From the NCBI GenBank assembly GCA_012295275.1, contig CM022669.1, positions 16,740,001 through 16,804,000 on the forward strand: a stretch of 64,000 bases of DNA, given 5' to 3'. The notes below the pieces were generated by a model. That model did no database searches. It had not been told where the DNA came from and saw nothing but the letters and a program-made list of their open reading frames with translations. Made by a program: the position numbers and the translations under genes. Of this stretch, positions 42,792 through 57,304 are shown piece by piece. Each line of letters starts with the position of its first letter. Position 1 is the first letter of the stretch. Source of the stretch: Chrysomallon squamiferum (taxonomy: Eukaryota; Animalia; Mollusca).

Positions 42792-44620
42792 AAGTTAAAG
42801 CAATGAAATAAACAGATGTACAAAGAGACAAAAAGGAAAGAATAAAGAGCCAAATAAATTTAAAGAAATTGACAGAAAAATCGCTAACTGCACACTTTGA
42901 CTCTTAATCCAATTTCTAAGCACTAAAAGAAGACTTTGGCTATTTCTGTTTACTGTGGCAGACTAACTAAGTTTCCTAGTGAGAGTTAAATAAACGGCAC
43001 ATCATTGACTTTCTGTCTGTGCCAGGACAGAAAATTTACAGTTAATGAAACAGTAAAGTTAGTCTGAGTATCAGCCATTATTTAGTTTTTTAACTCTTTG
43101 ATATAATTGCTACATGCCGGGAGAAGTGAACTAAACGAAGATAAATAAATAAAATAAACTCACGCAAATATATGCAAACACAAACATACACAGAAGTATA
43201 GAACACACAAACACACACAAAAACTACAATGAAAACATCAGACAGATAGATATGCATATAGATGTATATTTTTATCCATGAAAAGTAAAAAGAAAAATCA
43301 TTACACTTTTATTAATTTTTATAATTTCATTTTCGTAATTTTGAAGACACACACACACATACACACACACATACACACACACAAACACACACATACACAC
43401 ACACGCACAAAGACACACACATACACATATTCTCGTAAGCAAACATAGATACACATATATAAACATACACGTACACACATACACACATACATCAACTATT
43501 ACATCCCCAACAAAACATCCTTTGATTTTCCTATGATTCTAAACATTCCACTTACTATTTTTTTTCTTCATCGTAACAAAAAAAAATTAGATCATTTAAA
43601 AAGAGAAAACAAAACCATTCTGACATGGCGTAACTTAGAACAGAAATCCTAGCGCGAGGTTAAATAACAAATCTTATTGAAATTCTAACCACGACTGTCG
43701 CCAACGCCGGGGAAACATCATCATCATCATCAACATCAACTCGCCAAAAGGTTTCATTACGTCGACGTCTCCGAAGTGAATTTATCTAAATGCAGTGGTC
43801 GCAGAGTCAGCCAGTAAATTGGTCGGCGAACGAAAGGTCTTCTTCGCTAACAAAATGATTGGGATTGAGAGACGCTGTCATTTCTGTTGGTTTTGGCAAC
43901 TCTGGGAACCGGATAATCGAATACACCTTCTCCATTTGTTGTGTCCCCGTGGACAAGAGCTCTGAGGTTGTTCAACGTCATGCAGACCTGTATGTCCAGG
44001 GTGAATTTGCTGCGTGTGTATTTGTTACCAGCCTACGGGAATTGCATGACAGTTTGCGTGCGTGGTGGTGTACGTCATCGCTTTGGAAGGAATATTTTAG
44101 GACAAGCAAACATCGATATATTTCACACGTATCCGAGCAAAGACTTGGTATGTTTAGTGAATAAAAAGCTAGATGCAAAGTTGTTGAGATTCAACGCTCA
44201 CTTTTTATCTGTAGTGCGTATTCATTTAAATTTCCTTCTTGGTATGTTTAATTAATAAAAGCTTAGAGATAAGCACTTTAATAGTATTGTTCAAGGCTTA
44301 TATTGTGTTGTGTGTGTACTAATTGAAGCTTCGTCCGAATCCTGATATTGGGTTAGAATGTAGAAAGGTTACAGAGATCGATTCCCTGTGTTCGATATCA
44401 AAAGGAATTCTGATGGAAAAGTTAAAGATCCCCTTTAGTAGACTAACTAATCTGTTTTAGCCTGACAATCAAGCGTTCATTACTGTCTCTGTTTGTTCTC
44501 TTAAGAGCAGAAACAAACTGAATGGTTAGTGAACATTTAGTGGCTAGCGAATAAATGTACATACACTGAGAGACAGAAAAAATGTACATACAACGAGAGA
44601 AAGAGAGCGAGAGAAAGAGT

Positions 44621-44718
<98 letters not shown>

Positions 44719-44998
44719 TGCTCTTTAAAATGAGGAGTTTCTTTTTCTAAAAAATCTCATACAGACATACATACATACATAATATATACATACTCCATCC
44801 ATACATTGATACATATATACATATACACATTTATACATATATAAATATACACATTTATACATATATAAATAAAAATAAAACTACAAAGCACACATAAACA
44901 TACATATTTAACCTACATTTCAGCATATATCTCCGTGTTACAGTTATTATGCTGATTTCAAGTATCAGGTTTTCTTTCTTTCATTTTGCAGAATGTAA

Positions 44999-45108
44999 TA
45001 TACTGAACGAAAAAAGTTTCGGGACCACGTTTGCATTTTCAATGGATGAACATTTTTTTCTTCAGCCATGAAGATATCAGACGACCCTGAACTTTTTCGT
45101 TCGGTATA
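44999..45108. mobile_element. Short Tc1/mariner-type MITE (about 106 bp) with TA target-site duplication
   Basis: Left end TA-TACTGAACGAAAAAAGTTTCGGG; right end CCCTGAACTTTTTCGTTCGGTA-TA (reverse complement TACCGAACGAAAAAGTTCAGGG). Imperfect TIRs of about 23 bp with TA on both sides. Confidence 0.75.
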
Positions 45109-45283
45109 GAATTACCCTACCTACGTCAAACGGTCACAAATAAACAATTTGTGTTTTCGTTAGAAAGATCCCTTCCCTTTTATTTTTACCTTTATTTATA
45201 CATCTACCCATGATTAGCTATTAGTGTTATAGATATTCGTTTACAATCGTCAAATTTCAGACTGATACCAGTGTTAAACTGTG

Positions 45284-45314
<31 letters not shown>

Positions 45315-45689
45315 CACTAAAGAGAAAAAAATATAAATAATTAATAAACAATATACTAATGTAAACGATTGATTTTTATTGGTATATTCACATGGTTCGC
45401 TTGTTGCCTTGGAGACTCACTTAGTATAAAAGACTTTCTACGAAATATACTGATTTAGTCAAGTAATCGGAATATTGATATTTCAGAAATCGGGAATATC
45501 CCGTTACATTCAGAAAAACACCGTTAGCTTGCGGTTTCCATGAATTATTCTTTTCTCAAAGTGCAGTGGTCATGAACTACTCAAATAATGATGGAAAAAA
45601 ATATATATATATATACATGCATAATACATACATGCATACATACATACATAATACATACATACATACATACATATGTACATACAAACACA

Positions 45690-45968
45690 CATACACCCAC
45701 ACACACATACATATGCATATAACACACATATTTTTCAAATTCTTTAAGCCATTTTGAAAGTCATTTTCTTCATTACTAAAAGATAACATTTCTCTAAAGA
45801 CTTTCTCCTTATTTGTAATATACATACATACATACATACATACATACACCCACACACACATACATATGCATATAACAACATAAATTCAAATTCTTTAAGC
45901 CATTCTGAAACTCATTTCCTACATTACTAAAAGATAACATTTCTCTAAAGACTTTAACCTTATTTGTA
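45690..45968. repeat. Diverged direct duplication, 2 x about 127 bp
   Basis: 45690-45817 vs 45843-45968, both CATACACCCAC...CATTACTAAAAGATAACATTTCTCTAAAGACTTT...CCTTATTTGTA, with scattered differences and separated by (TACA)n. Confidence 0.9.
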
Positions 45969-46868
45969 CTCGTTCAACTAAAATTGCAAAACCAAGCATC
46001 TTGGGACATGTTAAAATGGAAAATCCTGAACTTAAAGACTCCGTCTATAAAAATTATAGTTAACCGCCAGCGCCAAGTCGATGGAAATGTTTGAAAAATT
46101 TACATATTATCTTTTTTTTTTTCCCCAGACCGAGTTCAAAACGGTGAACGAGCTTGAGTGAACCGTGTAATGCTTGTTTTAGATAAGCAAATGAAGCCAC
46201 ATATCTAAATATAATCCAGAAAAATAATAATAGGAAAAGAGAAGAAGAAGAAGAAGAAGAAAAGAAAAAATTCAGAAAGAACAAAAAGATCATAATTTTA
46301 CCAATATAATGAACAGACAATAGAATTTCATAATTAAGACAGGGTTACCACTCAAGGAAGCATATAAACTTTATCATATCTTGGCAGTCGCAGTTCGCTT
46401 TTCAACTAGTGCAGATCGACCGGTTTATTATCAAAAGGCGAGATTATTTTATATAGACAAGTCCCATATAAAAGAAATAATAACAGCCTACTGTAAGAAT
46501 ATTGGCATAAGTTTTTTGTCTGTTATCTCTAATGATCAATGAATGACAACACACACAGACACACACACAGACACACACACACAAACACACACATATTAAT
46601 GTATAAATAAAAAAATACATGTAGCTTGAACTATCGTTAGTAATTTTTTCTTTGAGAGTGACAACGTCATACTTGATATTACTACCTAATTACACTGTTT
46701 TGCTGTTTTATGGTTTCGAAACTAATTTTAAAAACCTTCACCTACTTGCTTAGCCAGTGTTAATTACAGAACGATTGTTAAGATGTAATAGAAGAAAATA
46801 GATCGGTAAAGTATATTAGTAATTGGATACCCTTCAACTTCGGTCATTCACCTTTCGATTAACAATAA

Positions 46869-46910
<42 letters not shown>

Positions 46911-47125
46911 CTTTAAATAAATAACAGTCCTCTAGAATTACCATCAGTGGTAAGTTTTCACTCTATTGATCATGTTACCTGTATTAATTGTAAACATCTC
47001 GGTAAGACATTTAAAACAACATAGTGTGTAAAATACGATATTCAGTTTTTCAATATCCGATAGAAAGACAAAGACAAAAAAATGTGTTTAAATATGAGAG
47101 AGATCTTGAATTATATGGTTTATCA

Positions 47126-47295
<170 letters not shown>

Positions 47296-47496
47296 TCATT
47301 CATTTAGTTTTTTAGAAGATTCCCCTGTTACCTAGATTTTAAAGTTTGTAACGTTCCATTCAAACCTCTTTTCAATCAGCGGTAAAATATCAAACATACA
47401 CTCTCCTTGTAAACATGAGACCATGTTGTATTGTTCTGTGTTTGAACGTACCAACCATTTTATCTATATTTATTTAAAATATATCGAACAGATTTT

Positions 47497-47536
<40 letters not shown>

Positions 47537-48687
47537 TATATATTTTATGTGAATAAACTTGTAGTCATCAGCAACAATGCAAACATCTTCAAAGATCAGA
47601 TCTTTATTTCTAAATTATTCATATTTCTTAAAACGTGGAAAGTAATTAAGAAAAATAACAACAGTGATATGGTATTAATTCACTTTTTAGCCACAGATAT
47701 TAAATATACTATTAAATATTTTTTTCTTTAAATATCACCAAAAACAAATAATAATAATAATCTAAAAATGGTTTCTTTGATCACTTTCATCATTGTTGAA
47801 GTTCAACCTTGCCATTTCTTTTTATTAAAAATAAACTGAATGGAATTTATATTTTAATTTTTAATTTTTATCTTTTAATGTACTTTTGAAGGTACGAAAT
47901 GAAAATGGAAATCTTAATGAAACATCACGGAATCTTAACAATACTACAAACATTTAATTAGGTAAATTAATATTACACACACACGCGCGCGCGCGCGCAC
48001 ACACACACACACACCAAGTAATTTTCAAAATTGTGCTATATTATATCAATGTACTTTTGAGCCAAAAATAAATAAACCAAATAAGAAATAGAAAAATAAA
48101 CAAAATGTTTTCTTTAAACATGAGATAATCTGTAAATTCTGTCTTTGATGATCAGGGGATTTGGCGAGAATCGATCGCGTGGCCTTCAGGTTTAACAAAC
48201 ACACCAGTAAAAAAAATTAAAAGCGGGTGAAGACATAATCAATAACAAATAAATATTAGCAGTACACAGATTACACGTGCTGGCGTCAACATTCGATAAC
48301 AAAAAACACAACAAAAAATACTGTTCAAATATTAACATGCGAAAAGAATTGTATTTATCGGGCTTAGTCGTTAGCAGATCTTTCCCACTTATTTACTCTT
48401 GCATTACCTACTTGCAAAAAGAAAATATCAGTGTTATTTATATAACATGTTAATTAACTCTCACGTGAAATAGTTGCGAAGTAGTTGCTGAAGGTTGGGA
48501 AAGTTACTTGAGATGTGATTTCCAAAACAAACTGGATCGTTACCCGTGGAATAAAGCTATTAATATACACACAAACATATGTACATACAGGTAAATTTAG
48601 AAAAAAGAAGAAAGAAAAAAAATGGAATGTAAGAAACTGAATAAAAACTCAAAAATTTAAAATTAAAAAAAAAAAAAAAAAGTAAAA

Positions 48688-48726
<39 letters not shown>

Positions 48727-49579
48727 TAATTATTGAAAATTTATTGAAATACACATTTACACTTCTATTAATTATTTATCCTTTACACAAACGTCCATAC
48801 GTGTTATTGTTAGTATTGTTATTACCAGTCTCCATCAAAGTAAACAAGAATTTGAATACTTGCCAAAATTAACCATCCAAGGGAAGCAATTATGAATTCT
48901 TAACAAAACGCTAAGGTTTCAAGAGTTATCTTGACATTTTATTAAACTGAACACAATTTTTTAGTCTTTGTGAAATGACTGCTAACTAAAATTATTCTAC
49001 ACAATTCGTTGTGGAAAGTAAGCAGAGTGTATCAGTGTAAGGAAAGAAGAATTGTATTTATGCCAAATGCCTGGAGTATATAATTTTTTAAATCTGAGGT
49101 TATTTGGCGTCATACGTAATAATTGTTTTTAAGAATAATAAATATAAGAAAAGAGGAAATTCGTTCTTGTTTCTAAAACAGTTATTCTTTTGCTGTTTAA
49201 CATTAAGCGTTATTTTATGTGGTCTTTTGAACAATCAGAGATGCTATACCAAGTGAGAAATAGTTGAGTTAGACCCGTAAGAAGATTTGATGACGAAGAT
49301 TTCAGCAATAGATTCTACACTGTGCATTTTAGATGTGTGTTTAAGTGTAAGTGCAGTTTGAACCTTGTAAAAGTTGTATTAGCGGATAAAAATTGTTTAA
49401 TAGTTACATTTTAGATGGTTTTAAATCAACATCAAGAAAACTATTTGTTTCGTGTACAACATCAGGCTTACTAGAGGGAGATACTTTAAAAACATTAATT
49501 CCGTAATTTTTAAAAATTCATTCCTGCTTTTTATTTATTTATTTATTTTATTTTATTTTATTAACTTTTATTCATTGTC

Positions 49580-49612
<33 letters not shown>

Positions 49613-49632
49613 TTTCATCATCTTTACAATCA

Positions 49633-49703
<71 letters not shown>

Positions 49704-50027
49704 CATATCTGATGTTATATTTAATGGTAAGAGTAACTGAAAAAATATAATAATAATAATAATTAAACAAGCATATAAATAAATAAACAAACACACAAAC
49801 CAAGAAACAAATAAAACCAAGTTCGATATATCTACTTTCTAATTCACTGAAAAGAACTATTTTTATCAAGTTATACACACTAACATTCATACGTACGAAC
49901 AGTCAGAGACAAAAACAGACACATATTTAGAATAAAAGGAAAACGAGAGAAGAAAATAAAAATATAAAAGAATCTATATTACTTGAAAGAAAAAAAAAAA
50001 GAAGAAGAAGAAGAATTAATGGATTAC

Positions 50028-50146
50028 CTTCTTCTTTAGAAGAGCGTCTTCCAAAAAACAGAAACGAGAATTATCGTCTGCTACATCTGAAATCTACATA
50101 TTAGCAACCCCTGCACGTGGCGTCACTTCTTGCTTGCTTATTGACT
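50028..50146 (-). promoter_or_regulatory. Candidate non-coding first exon with initiator, in a CpG- and motif-rich patch
   Basis: Minus-strand Inr-like TCAGTC at 50148-50143 and donor GAAG|GTAATC at 50028/50027. E-box CACGTG, CRE-like TGACG and TTACGTCA within about 50100-50490. Confidence 0.35.
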
Positions 50147-52493
50147 GAACGGGGAAAAACAAACCATATCAAGTTGTTTGTACGAGCAGACGACACGAAT
50201 ATAATCAGTTATCGCAGAAGTACTGTTTCCCCAGCAGACAAAACGATTCACGCCAGCGCTCACGTATCCTAGTTATATCAAAGAGAAAGTAAAAAAAAAA
50301 AAAAAAGTGAAAAAAGAAAAATGCTGTGAGAAAGGGAACACGCACTCGCATTGCAAAGAAACGTAGCAATTTCGTTTCACCAGTTGTTAGCCTGCCATTA
50401 CGTCAGTGCCGCAGCGTTCTCTACAAATTGCAAAAAAGGATTCAATTAAATGTCAAAGCCCATGCGACGTGATTGACGGCTGATGTCAAGTAATTGGAGC
50501 TTTGATGCTGTTTACAACGTGATAGAAATCTTCTTGAGAGTTTTGTTGCCGTAGTAGGGTAAAAAAAAAAAAATAAACACATAAAAAAAAAAAAAAAAAA
50601 AAAAAGAAGAAGAAGAACAAAATGAAGATTTATATTTAATTCTGATGTTTATTTTGGTCTCTGGTTTGTTTGTCGTCTTTTGTGTCTTTTTATTTTTTTT
50701 CAGTTCATAGTTACTACTGCATTTTTATTGCTAAAACCGTTAATACCAATATATTAGTTAACAACGACAACAACAAAACCATTTACTGCTGCTACTACTA
50801 CTTCTACTTCTACGTCAACGACGACTTCGAAATGTACTGTTTCTGCTTCGGCAATTACTACAACTGTTACTACTGATTTTTCAACGTCTATTTCTAGTAC
50901 AGTTACTGCTGCTGTTACTAATACTACTACTACAATAACAATACAATTATACAACTACCGTTACTATTAGTATGTCGTTACTATATGTTATGCATGTCCA
51001 AAATAGCCGACCAATTTAGATTCTTGACGATAATGAAAAACAAACCAGCAATAAAACGCTGATAGGTTAATGTTATTCTCTTTATGCAATTATTTTCAGG
51101 TGTCGGTCATTAAATAGGACAGTTGTAAAGACTGTGTGTTATATTGCTGGTAATTATCATACGAATAAATTATCAGTTTCCGATCATACTTTGATGAGGT
51201 TCCGAACTGATTGCAATTTGTGAAATGCTACAGAACGTTCAGTTTTAATGGTAGATGATAATTTTTTTTATCAGAAAATCTGATTGGTCCGTTGATCATT
51301 TACCGTTATTCATGGAGTCGTAACTTTTAATTATTATGTTAAAAAGACGCAATAAAAATGAGAGCAGTGTTTGAAAAAAATAGGTTAAATACATTTTTGT
51401 GTGCAGGCTATGTTCCCGAGTTATTGGTCATTATGTCTTAGTTACTAACCGTTGCTGATAATAAAGTAGGACAGTAATAAAACAAGAGTGACAGCATTTC
51501 CTACAAAGAAATATAAAATTATCCAATAAACTGAGGATGTGGGACTTTTGCGACGCTGTAAACTTTTCTACGGGGATTTTATTGTCATATTTCTATGAAT
51601 AAAATTAAACAAACAAAAAAGACTTCCTCATTTAACATCTTGGATTTATTGTTTTATTGTCATCCTTTATTATTAGAAAAACATGATGTTTAAAAAAGCT
51701 TTAAAAAGGATCACGAAAATAAACGAAATGTTTTAAAGCTACTTTCTTCTCTTTATCACTCTTAAACCTTAAACAAATGAGTACAAAACAAAAAAACGAC
51801 ATTCTTTGTGTTGCACTGTCTCAAATCGATCTCTCGTCGTAAGTCATACCAGCATAAAGATTTTGTAAGTTAAAACATGCGACCCAGTAAATATATATCG
51901 TTTATCACCGCTTTACACAGAAACCCAGACTCCTCAGAGATTCTCCATATTAAAATATATTTTACATTTGCTGGACAGTTCCCATTAAAAACTGTATAAT
52001 TTTATTTTTTATTTTTACATATTTCAAAGAAGAAGGAAGCAGACGTTAATAACCACAACGACACAGTTGCAAGCAAAGCAAATTATTCCTACGAGTCCTG
52101 TACACGCAAATGAAGTCGATTACAGACATATAAAACCGAACTGCATATTCTGAGACGCAGTTTTTTTTTTTTTTTTTGTTCTATTATTATTATATAAGAC
52201 GAAAGCTTCACAGGAATGTGTTGAATATTCAGTCATTGATTTTTATTGCAGTGAAATGACAGAAAGAGCCACGCGCTGTTTTATTGCGTAAAAGCGACAT
52301 AACGTCTGTATTCCTTCTTCTGCCGTCAAATACACGACACCGTTTTACGGCGAAACAGATCGCGCGATGAATATTAATGTAATATGTTTGTTCCGGGTTA
52401 GGCGACAGATAGATGCCCGAAGTTTAACATAGTACATAGAGCTGTGTGTAAATTTTAAAGGAAATATTCTGGAGAATATTCTGTTCTTCAGTA

Positions 52494-52944
<451 letters not shown>

Positions 52945-53064
52945 AAAATAGGACAATAAGAACAGCTGATCAACAACAAGAAATGTTTCTCATACTTTAG
53001 TAATAGATTTTTACCAGTTATTTTCATCATAATCTTTTTTCTCAAATAAAGACATTATATAAAC

Positions 53065-53095
<31 letters not shown>

Positions 53096-54492
53096 AGAGA
53101 AGAATAAATAATATTAATATTGAAGAATTGACTGAACTCCTCGAATGAAAAGGAGAAAATCTGAAAGATAAAGACACAGGACAGACAACAAGCACATAAG
53201 AAGAAAAGAAGATTTTCTTTTCCTGCAGCAGAGAAAAGAATTTAATTAACTTCAAACTGAATGATGTAAGATGTTAAGTATATTTTAGCAGACTTGTTCA
53301 CCACATGTTAATTGCTTTACTTCTTCTTTTTTTTTAATTATATGCTACAATGAAATAAATAAATTCTTTTGCTGTTGTCTCTTTAATTGTTTAACTATTG
53401 TCATTGCTATTTTTGTTCTTTTTCATGCCATTATTATTATTATTTTTTTTTTTTTTTGTTGTTGTTGTTGTTTTGTTAGCTTTTTCATTCTTTTTTAATG
53501 AAAAGACAGACAAGCTTTTATTATGGATTCTATTTGTTCTACTTTATTTCCTCCTTAAAGAATATGCTGCCATTTTTTTCATGAATTCGTTGGGAAAATA
53601 TTTTTTACGATTTTTCCTGAGATAACAAAAGGACATGAAGACAATTATAGAAAACTTTTAGAATATTCATTATGAAAAAAAAAGTAAGAAGAAAAAGAAG
53701 AAAAACTGAAAAAAAAAAATAATTTCATTGGGTAAATATAAAATTTAGATCTTAATAACCACGGACCAGTGATTTTCACTGTGGGCAGAAACATTTCTCT
53801 TGAGTCGCTCTGAGAATATAAAATTTATTTAAAACTAAAAAAAAAAAAAAATGTTTTAACTTAACTACACGATTCATCGGACACAAAATTCAACTTATAA
53901 TGAGCCATCTTTCAAAACTGTTCGAAAAGGGATCATGCCAAAAAAAAACAAAAAAAGAAACAAAAGATTCAGAGAAACTTCTAAAAAGGAATAAACACAA
54001 AATTTAAACTGAACATAATAATCAAACTTTCATATGTACAAGTCGTTTTTTGAGTTATTGTGATTCTGCTGATTTCTGACACTCTTGCCCTAAAGTAGCG
54101 TGCTTTGCTCATTTACGACAGAGAATATCCATCATATCACGCATACAGAAGAAGTAAAAAAACATTTAACGTAGCATTTGATCATCAACTTGCAATTTAT
54201 CTATGTACACTGTATAAATTACGTGTGACGTTCTGTGAAAGAGAGACTTGAGATTTCAATTGAAAATTCATATTTTTTTTTTTTTTTTTTTGTTGGACCA
54301 CGAAATTGCCTCTGAAAAACGTCAATTTAAAGCAAACTGTAAAAGAATAAAAATGACAGCTAAGAGAAGTGTGTTATTCGTTTGTGTCTTTGTGTTTCTG
54401 TTCGTGTGGGTTATGTGTGTATCTGTGTTTGTATATTTACTAGCATAGTCTATATTTGTATTCAGTTGCTATTATGTCTTGTCTCGGATGCA

Positions 54493-54593
<101 letters not shown>

Positions 54594-57273
54594 CCCCCCT
54601 CTCTCTGACTCTACCTCTCTAGCTCTCAATCTATATATAAGCTATCTGTCTATCCCTGTCTTTCTTTTTGTTTTTTAATTTAATTTTCGTTTTTCTCACA
54701 CTAAGATCAGTTCTGATGTTACGCAATCGTAAACTGGTTACGATCCGCAGAGCTGCGGAGATAATGGTCCCGAGTGTGTCATCATTTCTCAGACTCATCA
54801 ATTTACCTACAAGCATCAAAGAACATTTGGACATTTGAAATGATCCCTGCCGGCTTTTTTAATATCCCTGCCTACAGGAGACTGTAATTATTGTACCCAT
54901 TTATTTATATTTGTACTCAAAGTGACGTTAACAAATGCATTTATGTTAATCAGTTTAGTTGTGTTGTTCTGGTCGGAAAATAAAGTAAAATGAAATAAAT
55001 GACGTAAATAAATAAATATAAATAAATAAATAAATAAATAAATATTCATATAAGCAAGGAAGCATAACAAATAAACAGAAAATTAGTATGACAAATGAAT
55101 TCATTTATTCGCTAGTAGCTATAAAAATAAATAAAAAAAGCAATTGTAGTATAGCATGTATGAATGTAATTTTGTGTATATGTTTGTGTTTATATATGTG
55201 TTTGTGTGGGTGTGTGTATGTGTGTGTATATATATCTGAATAGTTATATATATATATATATATCTATATGTCAATCTGTCTGTCTGTCTATCTGTCTATC
55301 TCTCTAGCTATATATATATCTATCTATATATCTATCTATCTATGATATTAACTTTCAGATAAGAAAAAAAAATGGTTATAATATATGAAGCCTCGTTATA
55401 AACATTCCAAAACATATTTTTCTTTCTTCTTCTTCTACTTTTTATTTTTTTTATTTTTTATTTTTTATTTTTTTAATCTTAAACTCAGAAACTTGCTAAT
55501 TCCACTGGCATATTACATGACTCAACCACTGCACGCGTGTTAATCATTTCTGAAGAAAACGATTACAACATTCAGCGGCTGCAGCCGACAACTTTGTTGC
55601 GATATTCCAAGCCTGTGTTCGGTTTATGCCACTTAACTCAAAACGTCGTGCATCGGGAACGAATCAGCTGCAGTCCTGTCACAAAACAACAGCAAAAACG
55701 TCGAGACAAAGCTTCGCTAAAACGCATCACTACGTGACCGTCAATAGAAAACTGAAGTTTACGCGAGATCTGACTAGAGCCCACATTACAGAAAAGTTTT
55801 ATTTTTCTCTTCTTTTCTTTTTTTCTTTTTTTTTGTTGTCAACAGAACAAATGAGAAAAGAAACCTGGTTCGTTCTTCGTAATACTGAACTCGACTTTTC
55901 CCTAGCGTGTTTGTGACGTGATTTACCTTTAAGTAAAAAAAAAAAAAAAAAAAAAGCACTTTAGACGCAGATTTTCAGGATCATCGTGACTTGAAGCCGA
56001 CTGAGAATGATAAAGGTTAAACATGCAAGCTAGAGAAATGAACTGCATGAAAAAAAAAAAAAAAAAAAAAAATGACACACAGTTCAGTCGTCTGTTTTAG
56101 AAACTCTTACAAAATGCTTAAAAGCGACTCTTTCTTATAAACGTAACGCAAGAGAGGAAAATCATGTGATCTGTACCAGTTAGTGTCAAAGTGTGAAGGT
56201 GCAAACTAATCGACTGAATTAATTATGATGGCTTCGTTTCTCGTGAGAGGCGGTCGGTTCTAATAATAAACTTCTTCGTTAAAAGAAATTATATTTCTTT
56301 CTTTCTTTCTTTATTTGTTTGTTTGTTTTTCTTTGTTTCTTTGTTTCTTTATTGTTGTTTTGTGATAGTGGTGTTATCGTTAACATTTGTGATGTTGTTA
56401 GTAGTAGTTATAATAGTAATATTAACAGCAGTAGTAATTGCAGTAATATTAGTAGTAGTAACAGTAACAGTAGAAGTAGTAGTTTGAAGTACTAATGGAA
56501 ACAGCGGCAGCAGTAGTAGCAGTTATTGTAGTCTTTGTTGTAGTTGTAGCGAAGTTATTACTCTTCAGTTTTGAAACTTTTGGAGAGTGGGTTGTTTGTT
56601 GACAGTAGTATTAGTAGCAGTAGTAGTAGCAGCAGTAGTAGTAGTAACAGTAGACGTAGTAGCAACAATGGTAATAGTTGTAGCAGTAGTAGTAGTAATG
56701 ATACATTAGTCAAGTATTATCATTTAGATATCAAAGTAACAGTATAAATAAACACGACAGATTAATCTAATCACACGGGTACACTGTGTTAAATGCTGAA
56801 TTGAGATATCAAATTAACACGCTGTAACAGACACTGTACACAATCCACTTAGTCTTTCACCACATCGAAATAAACCTGCACAATTTCACGGGCTCACTTT
56901 AATGAAATATCTTTGACTTAAAATAAAAGCCAGACGTTTTCATTACGTACCTAGCCTGCTAAAGCTATTAAATGTGACTCTTTCTAAGGGCCGAAAAAGC
57001 TGTCTGTTTCATTCTAATACTGAAGTTTAAAACAAAAACTACCCAAATGTTTAGCTGTTCTATCACCGAGTGCTGTAAGATTTTGGTTTTAGGTTTAAGA
57101 TGTGTTCATTTATATTACCTCCATCTCCGTCTTTTAAGGGCTTTTAAGATGAATGTTTTATTTCTTTTTTGATCAGTTTTAGAATCGATTTTTAGCCCTT
57201 GCTGGACGGTGGGTTTATTTTTATTGTGTCTATTATTATTGATATTGTTATTATTATTATTATTATTATCGTC

Positions 57274-57304
<31 letters not shown>

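Noticed and set aside
45001-45106. Pre-miRNA hairpin
   Set aside because: The loop of about 55 nt and the flanking TA dinucleotides fit a MITE better.
54708-54737. Hammerhead-like CTGATG-stem-AAAC
   Set aside because: It lacks the conserved CUGANGA and GAAA nucleotides.
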